A DNA stretch of 64,000 nucleotides from an uncultured archaeon (GTDB taxonomy: Archaea > Thermoproteota > Nitrososphaeria_A > Caldarchaeales > Wolframiiraptoraceae), in NCBI GenBank assembly GCA_938083505.1, contig CALKCF010000004.1:64001-128000 (forward strand), written 5' to 3'. Below are positions 30,228-39,854 of this stretch, piece by piece (the stretch's first letter is position 1; every line of letters begins with the position of its first letter). Below the pieces are notes generated by a model. That model saw only the letters and a program-made list of their open reading frames with translations. It was not told the origin of the DNA and did not search any database. Both the position numbers and the translations under genes were made by a program.

Positions 30228-31817
30228 ATGGGTAGGCGGATAGTTCTAACTTGTGATAGAACATTGACAAGTGAGTATAGGCATGTACCGCTTTTGGATT
30301 TCCTCCCATGCGCGCCCTCAGAAAAAGTTCCTGAGTTTCTCTTCAAATTTTTAGCACCCCAAATACCGGCTGTGGATGGTGTGCTGCCCTATGCACCTTA
30401 TGGTCTTAGGAAGATTGAAGCATCTTTGCGTAGGGATTATAGCGAGAAGGACGTAGTAGTTGCACACCCAGATTACGTTGAAAATTTCATCGGTGAGGAA
30501 ACGAAGGTTGTTGGAATATACGAGATGGACCCACTCGGCTTAGGTCCTTTAAGCCTCGCATTTACGACTGGAAAATTTACGTCGTTCTCAAAGAAATACT
30601 TTGTAGAACTTATTAACAAACTTAACACAATTAGGAAGTCTTATGGCTTTAAGTTCAAAATTGTCGTGGGAGGTCCTGGCGCGTGGTATCTTGATGTAAG
30701 ACCTCAGATAAGGAAGGAGCTGAACATAGACCACATAGTGATAGGTGAGGCTGACCACGTTGCGCCGATTTTATTCCACGAGTTTGAGGAGGGCGATCCG
30801 CCGGAGACCATAAAGATTACGAATCCGCCAAGGTTGGAAGACATACCATTGATAGTTAATCCGAGCATACATGGCCTCGTGGAGGTCATGAGGGGTTGCG
30901 GTAGAAATTGCCAGTTCTGCGACCCGACGCTGAGGGTTGCGAGGTATGTACCGGTAGAGAACGTACTAGAAGAGATCAAAGTTAACACGAAGCACGAAAT
31001 CCATAATGCATGGACTCATAGTGAAGACATCTTCCTGTATAAGGTTGAAGATAAGAAGAATTTCTATCCAAATAGGGACGCACTCATCGAACTCTTCTCA
31101 GCGGTGATGTCAACCCCAGGTATAAGGCACAGCAACCCGACACACGGGACCGTAGCGCCTGCGGCCGCCGACCCGTTACTCATACATCAGCTCTCTAAGA
31201 TATTGAGAAGTTCACCAGAACATTGGATAGGCATACAGTGCGGAATGGAGACAGGCTCCGGAACTCTGCTTGCTAGGTACATGCCGTTGAAGGCTAAGCC
31301 CTTTAACCCTGAAGAATGGCCAGAAGTTGTGATAAATGGAACGGCGGTCTTCAACATGAATTATTGGTTTCCGGGCTACACGTTGCTGATAGGGCTTCCG
31401 ACAGAGACCGACGACGATTTATGGGACACCGTAAGGTTGCTGGATGCAATGGAAATTATTCTGCCCGAGAAGATAGGCGAGAAGGCTCATTTCACAGCTA
31501 CACCGCTCTTCTTCGTACCTATGGGTGTATTGAGCGGTGAGGAGTTCTTCGACGCGAGTAAGCTGACAGAGGCGCAGATGTGTGTTATATACAGAGCATG
31601 GAGACACATACTCATAGAGCTGAATAGACTCCCGACTCGGATGATAAGGCTGAACCCGTTACTGAAGCTAGCGTTCAATATAATAGCGCACTTCGGTGCC
31701 AACTTAGTAGTAAAGGTCATAGAGAAGTCTGCGAAGTCTATGGGTTATGACGTCTCGAAGGCTCTGAGAGTCAGCCCGATAGAGGTAAAGATCAGCCTGC
31801 CCCAGACCCCAGCTTAG
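30228..31817 (+). CDS. B12-binding-domain-type radical SAM protein
   Basis: APYGLRKIEA, MDPLG, GGPGAW and EVMRGCGRNCQFC (CxxxCxxC). Confidence 0.88.
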   Translation: MGRRIVLTCDRTLTSEYRHVPLLDFLPCAPSEKVPEFLFKFLAPQIPAVDGVLPYAPYGLRKIEASLRRDYSEKDVVVAHPDYVENFIGEETKVVGIYEMDPLGLGPLSLAFTTGKFTSFSKKYFVELINKLNTIRKSYGFKFKIVVGGPGAWYLDVRPQIRKELNIDHIVIGEADHVAPILFHEFEEGDPPETIKITNPPRLEDIPLIVNPSIHGLVEVMRGCGRNCQFCDPTLRVARYVPVENVLEEIKVNTKHEIHNAWTHSEDIFLYKVEDKKNFYPNRDALIELFSAVMSTPGIRHSNPTHGTVAPAAADPLLIHQLSKILRSSPEHWIGIQCGMETGSGTLLARYMPLKAKPFNPEEWPEVVINGTAVFNMNYWFPGYTLLIGLPTETDDDLWDTVRLLDAMEIILPEKIGEKAHFTATPLFFVPMGVLSGEEFFDASKLTEAQMCVIYRAWRHILIELNRLPTRMIRLNPLLKLAFNIIAHFGANLVVKVIEKSAKSMGYDVSKALRVSPIEVKISLPQTPA

Positions 31818-31858
31818 ATGCAAAAAATTCAATAAGCCCTATGTTGTATAAATATACT

Positions 31859-31880
31859 GGCCGGGGTAAAAGGCCGGGGT
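31859..31880 (+). repeat. 9-bp direct repeat GGCCGGGGT duplicating the tRNA-Cys 5' acceptor strand
   Basis: Copies at 31859-31867 and 31872-31880, separated by AAAA. Confidence 0.85.
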
Positions 31881-31962
31881 TGGCGAAAAGCCACCGAAGG
31901 CCGAGCAGCTAGGCGGCGGCCTGCAGAGCCGCTCCACTCGGGTGCAAATCCCGACCCCGGCT
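31873..31962 (+). tRNA. tRNA-Cys(GCA) with putative 18-nt intron at position 8/9 (31881-31898)
   Basis: Acceptor GCCGGGG/CCCCGGC, D stem GCC/GGC, anticodon stem GCGGC/GCCGC with GCA at 31923-25, T arm TCGGG-TGCAAAT-CCCGA, U73 discriminator typical of Cys. Confidence 0.88.
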
Positions 31963-32088
31963 TTATATATAATGAATACGTCGTGCAAATTCTGCGACTC
32001 AGTACAACTTTGAACAAACTCTGGTTAAATTTAATAAATGACGGTATGGTCCTATGCCTCAAACGTTTAGCTTTTTTGCATACAATTG

Positions 32089-33924
32089 TTATGGAGTCTT
32101 TCGTCCCTCATTTGAAGATGATGCTTCTTCATCTTTTCTTTTTAGGCGTTGTCCATCTTGAACGCTCCTTATGAAAGTTATGACCTCATGAAATTTGTAA
32201 GGCAGATATAACAGAGGTATTCCGGGTCCTCGAAGGACGAATCCTATTCTTGCTTGGACCGCGAATATTATCAAAGCTATCAAAAATGGGATTATAGGGA
32301 GAATTTCCAAGAATATTTTCAGAAATGGAGATTGCAAGAATGCCTCTGGAAAGATATAACGCATGAACTCTTCAACTCTGGAGATGAAATTTTCTGAAAA
32401 TACTGGTCTTAAACTTGGCCCAATAATAAGGAGTAGGGAAATGATCAACCCCGTCACAAGTGTTTTCCACGTATACCTTCGTAAGTACTCTATTGAAGAG
32501 ATATTTGTGTAAGGGATTTCGATGACTTTTTTAGAAACAACACCTTTCTTGATGAAAAGTCTTCGTTCTGTAGCTATCACCCCCCAACTCCCTGATGACC
32601 AGCTTTTCAAAATGCATTCCGGCTCGGCCAGAGTAACGCGAACCTCGCTTGGGATCTTGATTAAGCCCCCTTCTTTAATTAACTCTTCGGTTATAGCTTT
32701 ATCAAGCTCCATAATCAGATTTGACATGGTTAGGCTAGCTGCCCTTTTTTTGCTGTTTGATGAAAGTTTATTCCAAAGGATCGGGTCATCGACTAGTTTA
32801 ATAATAGCGGCCGCAGCCCCTTCTATATCATCCGGTCCGTTTACATGAATGCCTTCTACTTCGTTTCGAATAAGCCATGCCTGGCCTCCAACTGCTGAGG
32901 TGATTACTGGAACACCAAAATACATGAATTCAAGTTGAGTCAACCCCAGCGCTTCTAGACGGCTCAAGATGATATTAATGTAAGAAGCTTTGATAAGTAG
33001 CACTTTATCCTTTTCACTTACCTCACCAAGGTAAGTAACATTCGGTAGACTGTTGGCTATTTTAATGACTTCTTTGGCGTAAGGTGAATCACCTCTTCCA
33101 GCTATGATGAAGTGTATGTCTCTTCTTTCTTGAAGCTTTTTAGCTACCTTTAAGACCGCCATAGGGTTCTTACGCTCCTCGATTGTTCCAAGGTAGGATA
33201 CTATTTTTGTCCCTTCTTCAATTTTAAGTTGTTCAAGAAAGCTTTTAACATCAACATTCGCATAACACAACAGCATTTCTTCATCAACACCACCCGGAAA
33301 TAGGAAGCATTTTTTAGCTTTAGCACCCATCTTAACCATGGTCTCCTTTTCTAAGGGCGTTACGACGAGGAGAAGGTTAGCAGTTGAAAAGATCTGTGGA
33401 AATACAAGTTTGTTCCAAGCGATTCTAAAGCATCGTTCAATCAAGGAGTATCTTTTGGGTGAGGGCTCTTGGAAATGAGACATGTGACAGAATACAAGAG
33501 GATCTTGGTATCTGCCTATGCTCTTCATTTCGCGCCGCCATCCTATAAATTTGGTAACTTCTTCCGGGCCGTTCCACAGAGTGCTGTGAGTGATGAGGAC
33601 ATTAAGTTGGAATTTATCAACAATTTTTTCTAATGTAGAAATAAAATCTCTAAAGAATATGCGTCGAGGGGGCCATCTTCCAATATAACTATCTACTCGT
33701 ATTACAGGTATGCCAAGTTCTTTATCCTCCACGTATAAGTATCCTCCAATTTTCTTCACATTCTCTGACGAAACCACTTCCTTTCCATCATGATAAACGC
33801 TGGTGATAAGATATGCTTTGTAACCAAGTTTAATGAACTCACGTACCATTCTCTGAGCAACTAACTCTTGTCCTTTGCTCTTACTTGTCTGATACATTAT
33901 AACTCCTATTCGTTTGTTTAACAT
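32089..33924 (-). CDS. Glycosyltransferase family 4 with C-terminal PH-like/2-TM domain
   Basis: GT-B motifs LG..EERKN and SRLEALGLTQLEFM.FGVPVI. C-terminal ATERRLFI...EIPY.NISSIE followed by two hydrophobic helices. Confidence 0.85.
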   Translation of the reverse strand: MLNKRIGVIMYQTSKSKGQELVAQRMVREFIKLGYKAYLITSVYHDGKEVVSSENVKKIGGYLYVEDKELGIPVIRVDSYIGRWPPRRIFFRDFISTLEKIVDKFQLNVLITHSTLWNGPEEVTKFIGWRREMKSIGRYQDPLVFCHMSHFQEPSPKRYSLIERCFRIAWNKLVFPQIFSTANLLLVVTPLEKETMVKMGAKAKKCFLFPGGVDEEMLLCYANVDVKSFLEQLKIEEGTKIVSYLGTIEERKNPMAVLKVAKKLQERRDIHFIIAGRGDSPYAKEVIKIANSLPNVTYLGEVSEKDKVLLIKASYINIILSRLEALGLTQLEFMYFGVPVITSAVGGQAWLIRNEVEGIHVNGPDDIEGAAAAIIKLVDDPILWNKLSSNSKKRAASLTMSNLIMELDKAITEELIKEGGLIKIPSEVRVTLAEPECILKSWSSGSWGVIATERRLFIKKGVVSKKVIEIPYTNISSIEYLRRYTWKTLVTGLIISLLLIIGPSLRPVFSENFISRVEEFMRYIFPEAFLQSPFLKIFLEILPIIPFLIALIIFAVQARIGFVLRGPGIPLLYLPYKFHEVITFIRSVQDGQRLKRKDEEASSSNEGRKTP

Positions 33925-34000
33925 ACTTCAGAACACTCCAAAAATTCTTACAATTTTTATATATTTCAAAATATTTAAAGCTAGAATCTGTATGCTAGCT

Positions 34001-34816
34001 TCATCGGATGTATCGGCGTAAAATAGGGGCAATTTTTGGGCTAAAGCGAAAACAGTTTTCTAAGAGATTTTGGAGAAACATAGTCACGTCTTCAAATTTT
34101 ATAAAGTAGTCACAAACAAGATCATCTGGTGTTTCTTTGTGTATCACCCCAACAGCAATATCCGCTACCTCGAAGGCTGGATTGTCAACGATCGAATCAC
34201 CCATGTATAAAATACCATTACGTAAACCAAGTCTCTGCTTCAGTTCTAACAAAGCATTACCCTTGTTAATGGGACATGGAAAAATGTCAAAAAAAGGTTG
34301 GCCCTCATATCTAATCAAGGATACCGACAATGTTTCGCAGTAAGAAATTATCTTCGAGACAAACTCTTCTGCCCTATGTCTATCTACGCTCTGTCGCCAG
34401 TCGACAGAAAAAGCCACAACAACTCCATCAGAATCTCGCTTCTCTTCAATCACCAAGTCATTGCCAGAAAAACTCTTCGCATATTCTAACGCTGCAGTTA
34501 TGTATTGCATCATTTTTCTTAAGCATGGTGCCCTAGTCACTACATTGCCTATCTTGATTTCCAAACCTCCTAAACAAGCCCAAGCATGAGCAAAGGGTGT
34601 TCTCTCAACTACAAACATAAGATCCTTAGTAGTTATCACAGCTACAGGTATTTTGCGGCTTATTTCGTAAAGAATCGCCATGTTTTCCGAAGACACTTTA
34701 GATTCTGATCTAGGAACATCCAACGGACTTATTGTCCCGTCATAGTCTAAGAACAATGCACGCACTTCAATTTCAGTCTGATGGTCTTTACGATGGTTAC
34801 TCTTGCCTCTTTTCAT
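34001..34816 (-). CDS. HAD-IIB hydrolase, trehalose-phosphatase-like
   Basis: LFLDYDGTISP, NKG.AL and YMGDSIVD.PAF motifs. Start moved to ATG 34816. Confidence 0.8.
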   Translation of the reverse strand: MKRGKSNHRKDHQTEIEVRALFLDYDGTISPLDVPRSESKVSSENMAILYEISRKIPVAVITTKDLMFVVERTPFAHAWACLGGLEIKIGNVVTRAPCLRKMMQYITAALEYAKSFSGNDLVIEEKRDSDGVVVAFSVDWRQSVDRHRAEEFVSKIISYCETLSVSLIRYEGQPFFDIFPCPINKGNALLELKQRLGLRNGILYMGDSIVDNPAFEVADIAVGVIHKETPDDLVCDYFIKFEDVTMFLQNLLENCFRFSPKIAPILRRYIR

Positions 34817-35060
34817 GAGAACATTCACCTTTTTGTAACCTTCTCTGTAGAATAAAACTAAAAAGCTTTTGCGTAAGTAGCCGTGCTTTGTTGTCATAAG
34901 CATTATGGATAGTACACATTTTCCAACACAAATTCTATGCATTTCTCTAAGTCGTTTTTAATCGTTTTCTTTGCATCCTTTTGGAAAGTTACCTCTTAAA
35001 AGTTAATTTTCGCGGCATTTTCAACTTCGACTTATAAAAAAGCAACTCTTCTGAAGTTAT

Positions 35061-36137
35061 ATGGTTATGGACGAGCAGTTGAGGTATCCGATTGCCAGGT
35101 TCCAAGAGAAAGCAAATACAATAGTAAGATGTATGGCTTGCATGAGGTTTTGTAAAGTAAGAGAAGGTGGCAAGGGGATATGCGGCAACTATGCTAACAT
35201 GGGTGGCAGGCTTCTAAACATGGGCTACGGACTCTTAAGCTCAGTTGAGAGCAGACCTATAGAAATAAAGCCATTATTTCACTACTGGCCCGGCTCTTCC
35301 GCTCTTACCTTCTCGAACTGGGGCTGTAACTTTTACTGTCCCTGGTGCCAAAATCACAGCATCAGTTTTAGCAGACCTCCAACAGATCCTAACATCAGAT
35401 ATTCTCCGGAAGAGTTAGTAGGTATGGCGAAAGCGTTTGGTGATGAAGGTCTTTGCGCTAGCTTTAATGAACCCGCTACTCAAGTCGACTTTCTTTTAGA
35501 TACATTCTCCCTCGGTAGCAAGGAGGGGCTCTACTCGACAGTAGTCACAAATGGGTACTTCAGTCGCACATCATTGAAGGCCGTACTTGAATCAGGATGC
35601 GACGGTCTCTCTATAGATATTAAAGGTTGTCCCAAGGCCCATTTCAGGATTTTGAAAGGTATCGACCCCAATGCTGTCCTGAGTAATGCAAAGTATGCAA
35701 TCAACCTTGGCGCACATGTGGAGATGGTCTTTCTCATGGTCCCTGGGTTTAACGATGATGAGGATTGTGTAAGATGGGTCGTGGAGAAGCATGTATCTAT
35801 ACTCGGAGAAGATGTCCCATTACACATCAACAGGTACTACCCTGCTCATAAGTACACCGCACCACCTACGTCTGTTGAGAAATTGTTAACCGCAAAGAAA
35901 ATAGCTCAGGATTCTGGTGTGAAGTTCGTCTATGTAGGAAACGTTGGTTTGCCAGGGCTTGAGAATACGTACTGTCCTACATGCGGAAAGCTCCTAATAG
36001 CCAGGAGCGGTTATGAAGTTGTCGCATATAATTTAGGTAAAGATAACAGATGTTCTAAATGCAACACTGCCATACTGTTAAGAGGTAGATATGTAAAGAA
36101 AGATAAGAGATGGCGTGTTTATTCTAGATTCAATTAA
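35061..36137 (+). CDS. AmmeMemoRadiSam-system radical SAM enzyme (PFL-activase-like)
   Basis: N-terminal Cys cluster, PIE.KPLFHYWPG, GCNFYCPWCQN, YVGN and terminal CPTC/CSKC. Confidence 0.88.
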   Translation: MVMDEQLRYPIARFQEKANTIVRCMACMRFCKVREGGKGICGNYANMGGRLLNMGYGLLSSVESRPIEIKPLFHYWPGSSALTFSNWGCNFYCPWCQNHSISFSRPPTDPNIRYSPEELVGMAKAFGDEGLCASFNEPATQVDFLLDTFSLGSKEGLYSTVVTNGYFSRTSLKAVLESGCDGLSIDIKGCPKAHFRILKGIDPNAVLSNAKYAINLGAHVEMVFLMVPGFNDDEDCVRWVVEKHVSILGEDVPLHINRYYPAHKYTAPPTSVEKLLTAKKIAQDSGVKFVYVGNVGLPGLENTYCPTCGKLLIARSGYEVVAYNLGKDNRCSKCNTAILLRGRYVKKDKRWRVYSRFN

Positions 36138-36172
36138 ATGTACATTTTAGGAGCAACATATAAAGTCCATAT

Positions 36173-36637
36173 ATGGTGAACGTCTTGTCTTCACAAAAGT
36201 TGCTTCTCATACTCCCATCTTATCTGCTATGGTTCGTGGTGTTCAGGATGGATTTTCTAAATTTCTGGGCTAGGATGCTCCTAGCAGTCTCATTACTCAT
36301 TTTGATAGCTTTCATAGGAAGATCTGAGCTATTAAAATCATGTCCACGTTTCCAAGCGTTTACGATGCTACTCGGTGTAATATTGGGGTTCTTGCTTTAC
36401 TGGTTGCTTTATTTTGGATACGTAGTTTTTGAGCCGTTTATAACAAAGGGTGCAGAAGAGATTTATGCGTTAAGATACGAAGCACCACTAACATTCATAG
36501 CTCTATCGCTTATCTTTACAAGTTTTGGAGAAGAGGGTTTACTGGAGAGGGTTCATACAGCGCGAGCTTCAAAAAAGGTTGGGAGATATGAAGGTAAAGA
36601 TTTTTCCTTCCACAAAATTGGTTGGTCATGGGTCTAA
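36173..36637 (+). pseudogene. CPBP (CAAX/Abi) intramembrane protease, frameshifted and truncated
   Basis: Removing one G at 36535-37 restores EEVYWRGFIQ. The C-terminal H...HxxxN motifs are absent. Confidence 0.7.
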
Positions 36638-37520
36638 AAATCTGGTTTCTAGCCACTAGGCCTTGGTCATTCATGATGACAATAATCTCAGTAGGGTTGG
36701 CTGGCTCCCTTGCTTGGAGGATCGGCTCTTTTGAGCCTTTATGCTTCTTGCTTACACTTTTTGGCTTAATAGCTTTCCATGCGGCAAGTAATATGCTAAA
36801 CGATTATTACAACGTGAAACATATGGTTGACAAGCATGATGACCTACCACTAGATACAGGCCACACCCCTTAGTATCGGGTCTAATAGATGTTAGGTCGT
36901 TCCAAATTACCATCGTGTTCTTGTACGCAATCGTGCTAAGTATCGCGACGTATCTTTCATCAATAAGAGGGGCTATTGTTTTAATATTTACCGTGGCTTG
37001 TTTGTTCTTCAGCTATTTCTACACGGCCGACCCGATTCCGTCTTCATAATGTGGGGGCCCCCTAATGGTAGGTGGAACCTACTTCGTCCTAACTGGAAAA
37101 GTGGATGTCCTATCGATAATCGCATCCTTGCCTATAGGTGTGCTTGTTATGGCGGTTCTTTTCGCGAACAACATGCGTGACGTAGATTACGATAAGGCAG
37201 TCAATATCACTACTCTGCCGATAATCCTAGGAAGAGAGCGATCTCTAAGGTTCTTTCAATACTCGCTCCTTTCTGCTTATTTGATACTCTTTGCGCTAGT
37301 AGCGTCTGATGTGCTTCTTCCAACAGCACTCCTCGTAATATTGAGCATACCAAATGCGGTAAGGTTGGTCAGAACTTTTAAACGTGGCATACCCGATACC
37401 GCAGACCCGCTAACGGCACAGCTTGCGTTTCACTTTGGTCTTTTAATGGTAGCAGGGATACTCATAGGAACCTTTTTAGAAATGTTTGGCATGAAAATTC
37501 CCGTTTTCTTTTCAGAATGA
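36628..37520 (+). pseudogene. menA: MenA/UbiA-family prenyltransferase, disrupted
   Basis: ATRPWS, N..NDYY, YT.DP, GP and NN.RD..YD...TL motifs spread over several frames, with an apparent deletion after YTADPI. Confidence 0.8.
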
Positions 37521-37541
37521 TTATGACTATTGGTTGCATAT

Positions 37542-37603
37542 TAGGGTCAGCTCGGCTCTTCCGACATCATAAGCTCAGTCTGGGACGGCTGCCTCATCCC
37601 CTA
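37542..37603 (-). ncRNA. C/D-box guide sRNA, D guide complementary to the 23S PTC
   Basis: Minus strand: C GGGATGA, guide GGCAGCCGTCCCAGA, D' CTGA, C' ATGATGT, guide CGGAAGAGCCGAG, D CTGA, terminal TAGGG/CCCTA stem. Confidence 0.88.
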
Positions 37604-37657
37604 CAAAGATTAATGTATAAATGGCTTTATATCCTTTCAATCTTAGTTAAGGTGGCC

Positions 37658-38143
37658 TTGAAGTGGTTATGGGCTCCATGGCGCATGGCTTATATAAGCT
37701 CTGGCGGGCCTAAAGCGTGCATTTTCTGCACAAAAGTTGAATCTTCAAAAGATAGGGAGAACCTAGTCCTATTCAGGGGTAAGAAGTGTTTTGTGCTGAT
37801 GAACCTTTATCCATACAACACCGGCCACCTTATGGTGGCACCTTATAGGCATGTAGGCAACTTAACGGAGCTTGATATGGATGAGCGGGGCGAATTAATG
37901 GAGCTGATAGTAAAATCTATAGCAATTTTGCAGAACGTCCTAAATCCTGATGGTTTTAATGTAGGCATAAACTTAGGAAGAGTCGCGGGCGCTGGTATTG
38001 AGGGGCACGTTCATTTCCACGTCGTTCCACGGTGGTCTGGCGACACGAACTTCATGACCGTTGTTGGTGATGTGAAGGTGATGCCTGAGTTGCTGAGTGA
38101 CACCTATGAAAAACTCGTGATTCATTTCTCTAAAGGTATGTAG
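37658..38143 (+). CDS. HIT-family (Ap4A hydrolase-like) protein
   Basis: LWAPWR..YI, CIFC, NLYPYN.GHLM and HVHFHVVPRW.GDTNF. Start moved to TTG 37658. Confidence 0.92.
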   Translation: MKWLWAPWRMAYISSGGPKACIFCTKVESSKDRENLVLFRGKKCFVLMNLYPYNTGHLMVAPYRHVGNLTELDMDERGELMELIVKSIAILQNVLNPDGFNVGINLGRVAGAGIEGHVHFHVVPRWSGDTNFMTVVGDVKVMPELLSDTYEKLVIHFSKGM

Positions 38144-38169
38144 TCATGGCTCAGGTGTTTTAGTTTTAA

Positions 38170-38820
38170 ATGAGAAAGTTTAAGACCATAATATTTGACA
38201 TTAACTCGACAATATGTGACAACACTAAAAGAAAGAGGAAAGCAATCGAACTTGCAATGAATATCACGATTCCTGATGAATTTTACTCACGTATAAAGAA
38301 ACGAGACTTTCCGTACATCATAAAGATGCTTGGGTTCGAACCTAACAGCGAAATCATCAAGAATGTTGAGAAACACTTTCTTGAGGGCGAGGCGCTTTAC
38401 ATACTGGACAGGCCAGTAAAGAACGCAGTCGAGATTCTTAACGCTTTAGCATCAACTTATAAGATAGGTTACGTGACAGGTAGGCCGAAAGAGCAGTTGG
38501 CACTAGATTTCCTGAAAAGATACAAATTTCCCTTAGGCCCAGTGATTGCAAAAAGAATAAGTAGTGGTGAAGGTATGAAAAAAGTGGAGATGTTTAAGGA
38601 GATGTTCAAAAGACTTGATACAACACCATCGGAAACAGTATCTGTTGGTGACATGCCCGAAGATGCTCTTGCCTCAAAAGCTGTAAGTATGTTATCTGTA
38701 GGCATCGCAGAGTTTTCAACAGTCGATGTCAACATCATGAGAAATAATTTTGACTACGTGATTGAGAAAGTAAGCGACCTTCCTAAACTCCTTGCGAATC
38801 TAGAAGGATACGATCTTTGA
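38170..38820 (+). CDS. HAD-family hydrolase
   Basis: IIFDINST, VTGR and VGDMPED motifs. Confidence 0.82.
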   Translation: MRKFKTIIFDINSTICDNTKRKRKAIELAMNITIPDEFYSRIKKRDFPYIIKMLGFEPNSEIIKNVEKHFLEGEALYILDRPVKNAVEILNALASTYKIGYVTGRPKEQLALDFLKRYKFPLGPVIAKRISSGEGMKKVEMFKEMFKRLDTTPSETVSVGDMPEDALASKAVSMLSVGIAEFSTVDVNIMRNNFDYVIEKVSDLPKLLANLEGYDL

Positions 38821-39771
38821 TAGTTCCACGTCAGGTCTGGCTAAAAGCACCACTCTGCTATCAGAATCTTTAGTAATGAGCATGTAGCCTAAAAACTTCT
38901 TAAGCTCTTCAGCAAAAGCCGAGACTTCTTCCATGCTCGGCATAACTTCCTTCGGTAGCCTCTTTTGTGATTCACCTACATGCATGTACGCCTTACATTC
39001 AACAAATTCAGGCATAGCGAGCTTTATTAAATCAGAGTACTTTTCGGCGTCTTTCATTGTATAGTTCTTCACCAATGTTAGCCTTACAACCTTTCTACAG
39101 TTGAGTGAGTTGATGATCTCCAGACTTTTTATAACTCTCTGCCAACTATCCATTATAAGCGGTCTTGTAACCCGTTTGTGCACCTCCTCATCAGGCCCGT
39201 ATAAGCTTATGTACAGGTTTGTAGGTAAAACCTCAAGCTCTCTGAGCACATCGGGCATCGTACCATTCGTAACAAGGAATGTTGTCATACCTCTTAGCTT
39301 GGCCTCCTTTATCAGGTCGGAAAGGTAAGGATAGAGTGTTGGTTCACCATCTAGCGATATGGCTATGTGCTTTGGGTCAATAGCCTCGTTAAACCTTTGA
39401 ATAGTAACCTTGGGATTGCCCTTGAAGCCCGAAAGAAGCTCTTGCTGTGCTGCTATGCAACCATCGAGTATGACCTTAGGCTCGTCCCAATCTCCGCCAT
39501 ATGGACTAATCCTGTTTATGCTATGAAAGCGCCAGCAGAATGTGCACATCATGTTGCAATACTGAAGTGTTGGTGTCATCTGAATGCATCTGTGGCTCCT
39601 TATGCCGTACCACCTCTTATAGCAGAACTTACCACCTTTCAGTGCCGTTTTTGTCCAATGGCAGACCTTAACGGCAGAATGTCTGCCTACTATTCTATAC
39701 CCTGCCTTCTTAAATTTCTCCAATGCTTTAGGCTCATCCCTGGAGGGTCTATACACTGGGACGGTTGACAT
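38800..39771 (-). CDS. taw1: 4-demethylwyosine synthase TYW1 (radical SAM)
   Basis: HSAVK.CHW, CYK..YGI.SHRC.QMTP, CNMMCTFCWR, AISL.GEPT and KAYMHVG.S. Confidence 0.95.
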   Translation of the reverse strand: MSTVPVYRPSRDEPKALEKFKKAGYRIVGRHSAVKVCHWTKTALKGGKFCYKRWYGIRSHRCIQMTPTLQYCNMMCTFCWRFHSINRISPYGGDWDEPKVILDGCIAAQQELLSGFKGNPKVTIQRFNEAIDPKHIAISLDGEPTLYPYLSDLIKEAKLRGMTTFLVTNGTMPDVLRELEVLPTNLYISLYGPDEEVHKRVTRPLIMDSWQRVIKSLEIINSLNCRKVVRLTLVKNYTMKDAEKYSDLIKLAMPEFVECKAYMHVGESQKRLPKEVMPSMEEVSAFAEELKKFLGYMLITKDSDSRVVLLARPDVELSKIVSF

Positions 39772-39854
39772 CCGGATTTAACTGTAAGCTCGGCAACATA
39801 TATGTTTAACATAATATAACATAAATAACAATGGAAGGTTAAGGTGTATGGAGT

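Noticed and set aside
31873-31962. 8/4-fold non-canonical tRNA-Cys
   Set aside because: An eighth acceptor pair is possible, but the BHB-guided splice gives a standard 7/5 cloverleaf more simply.
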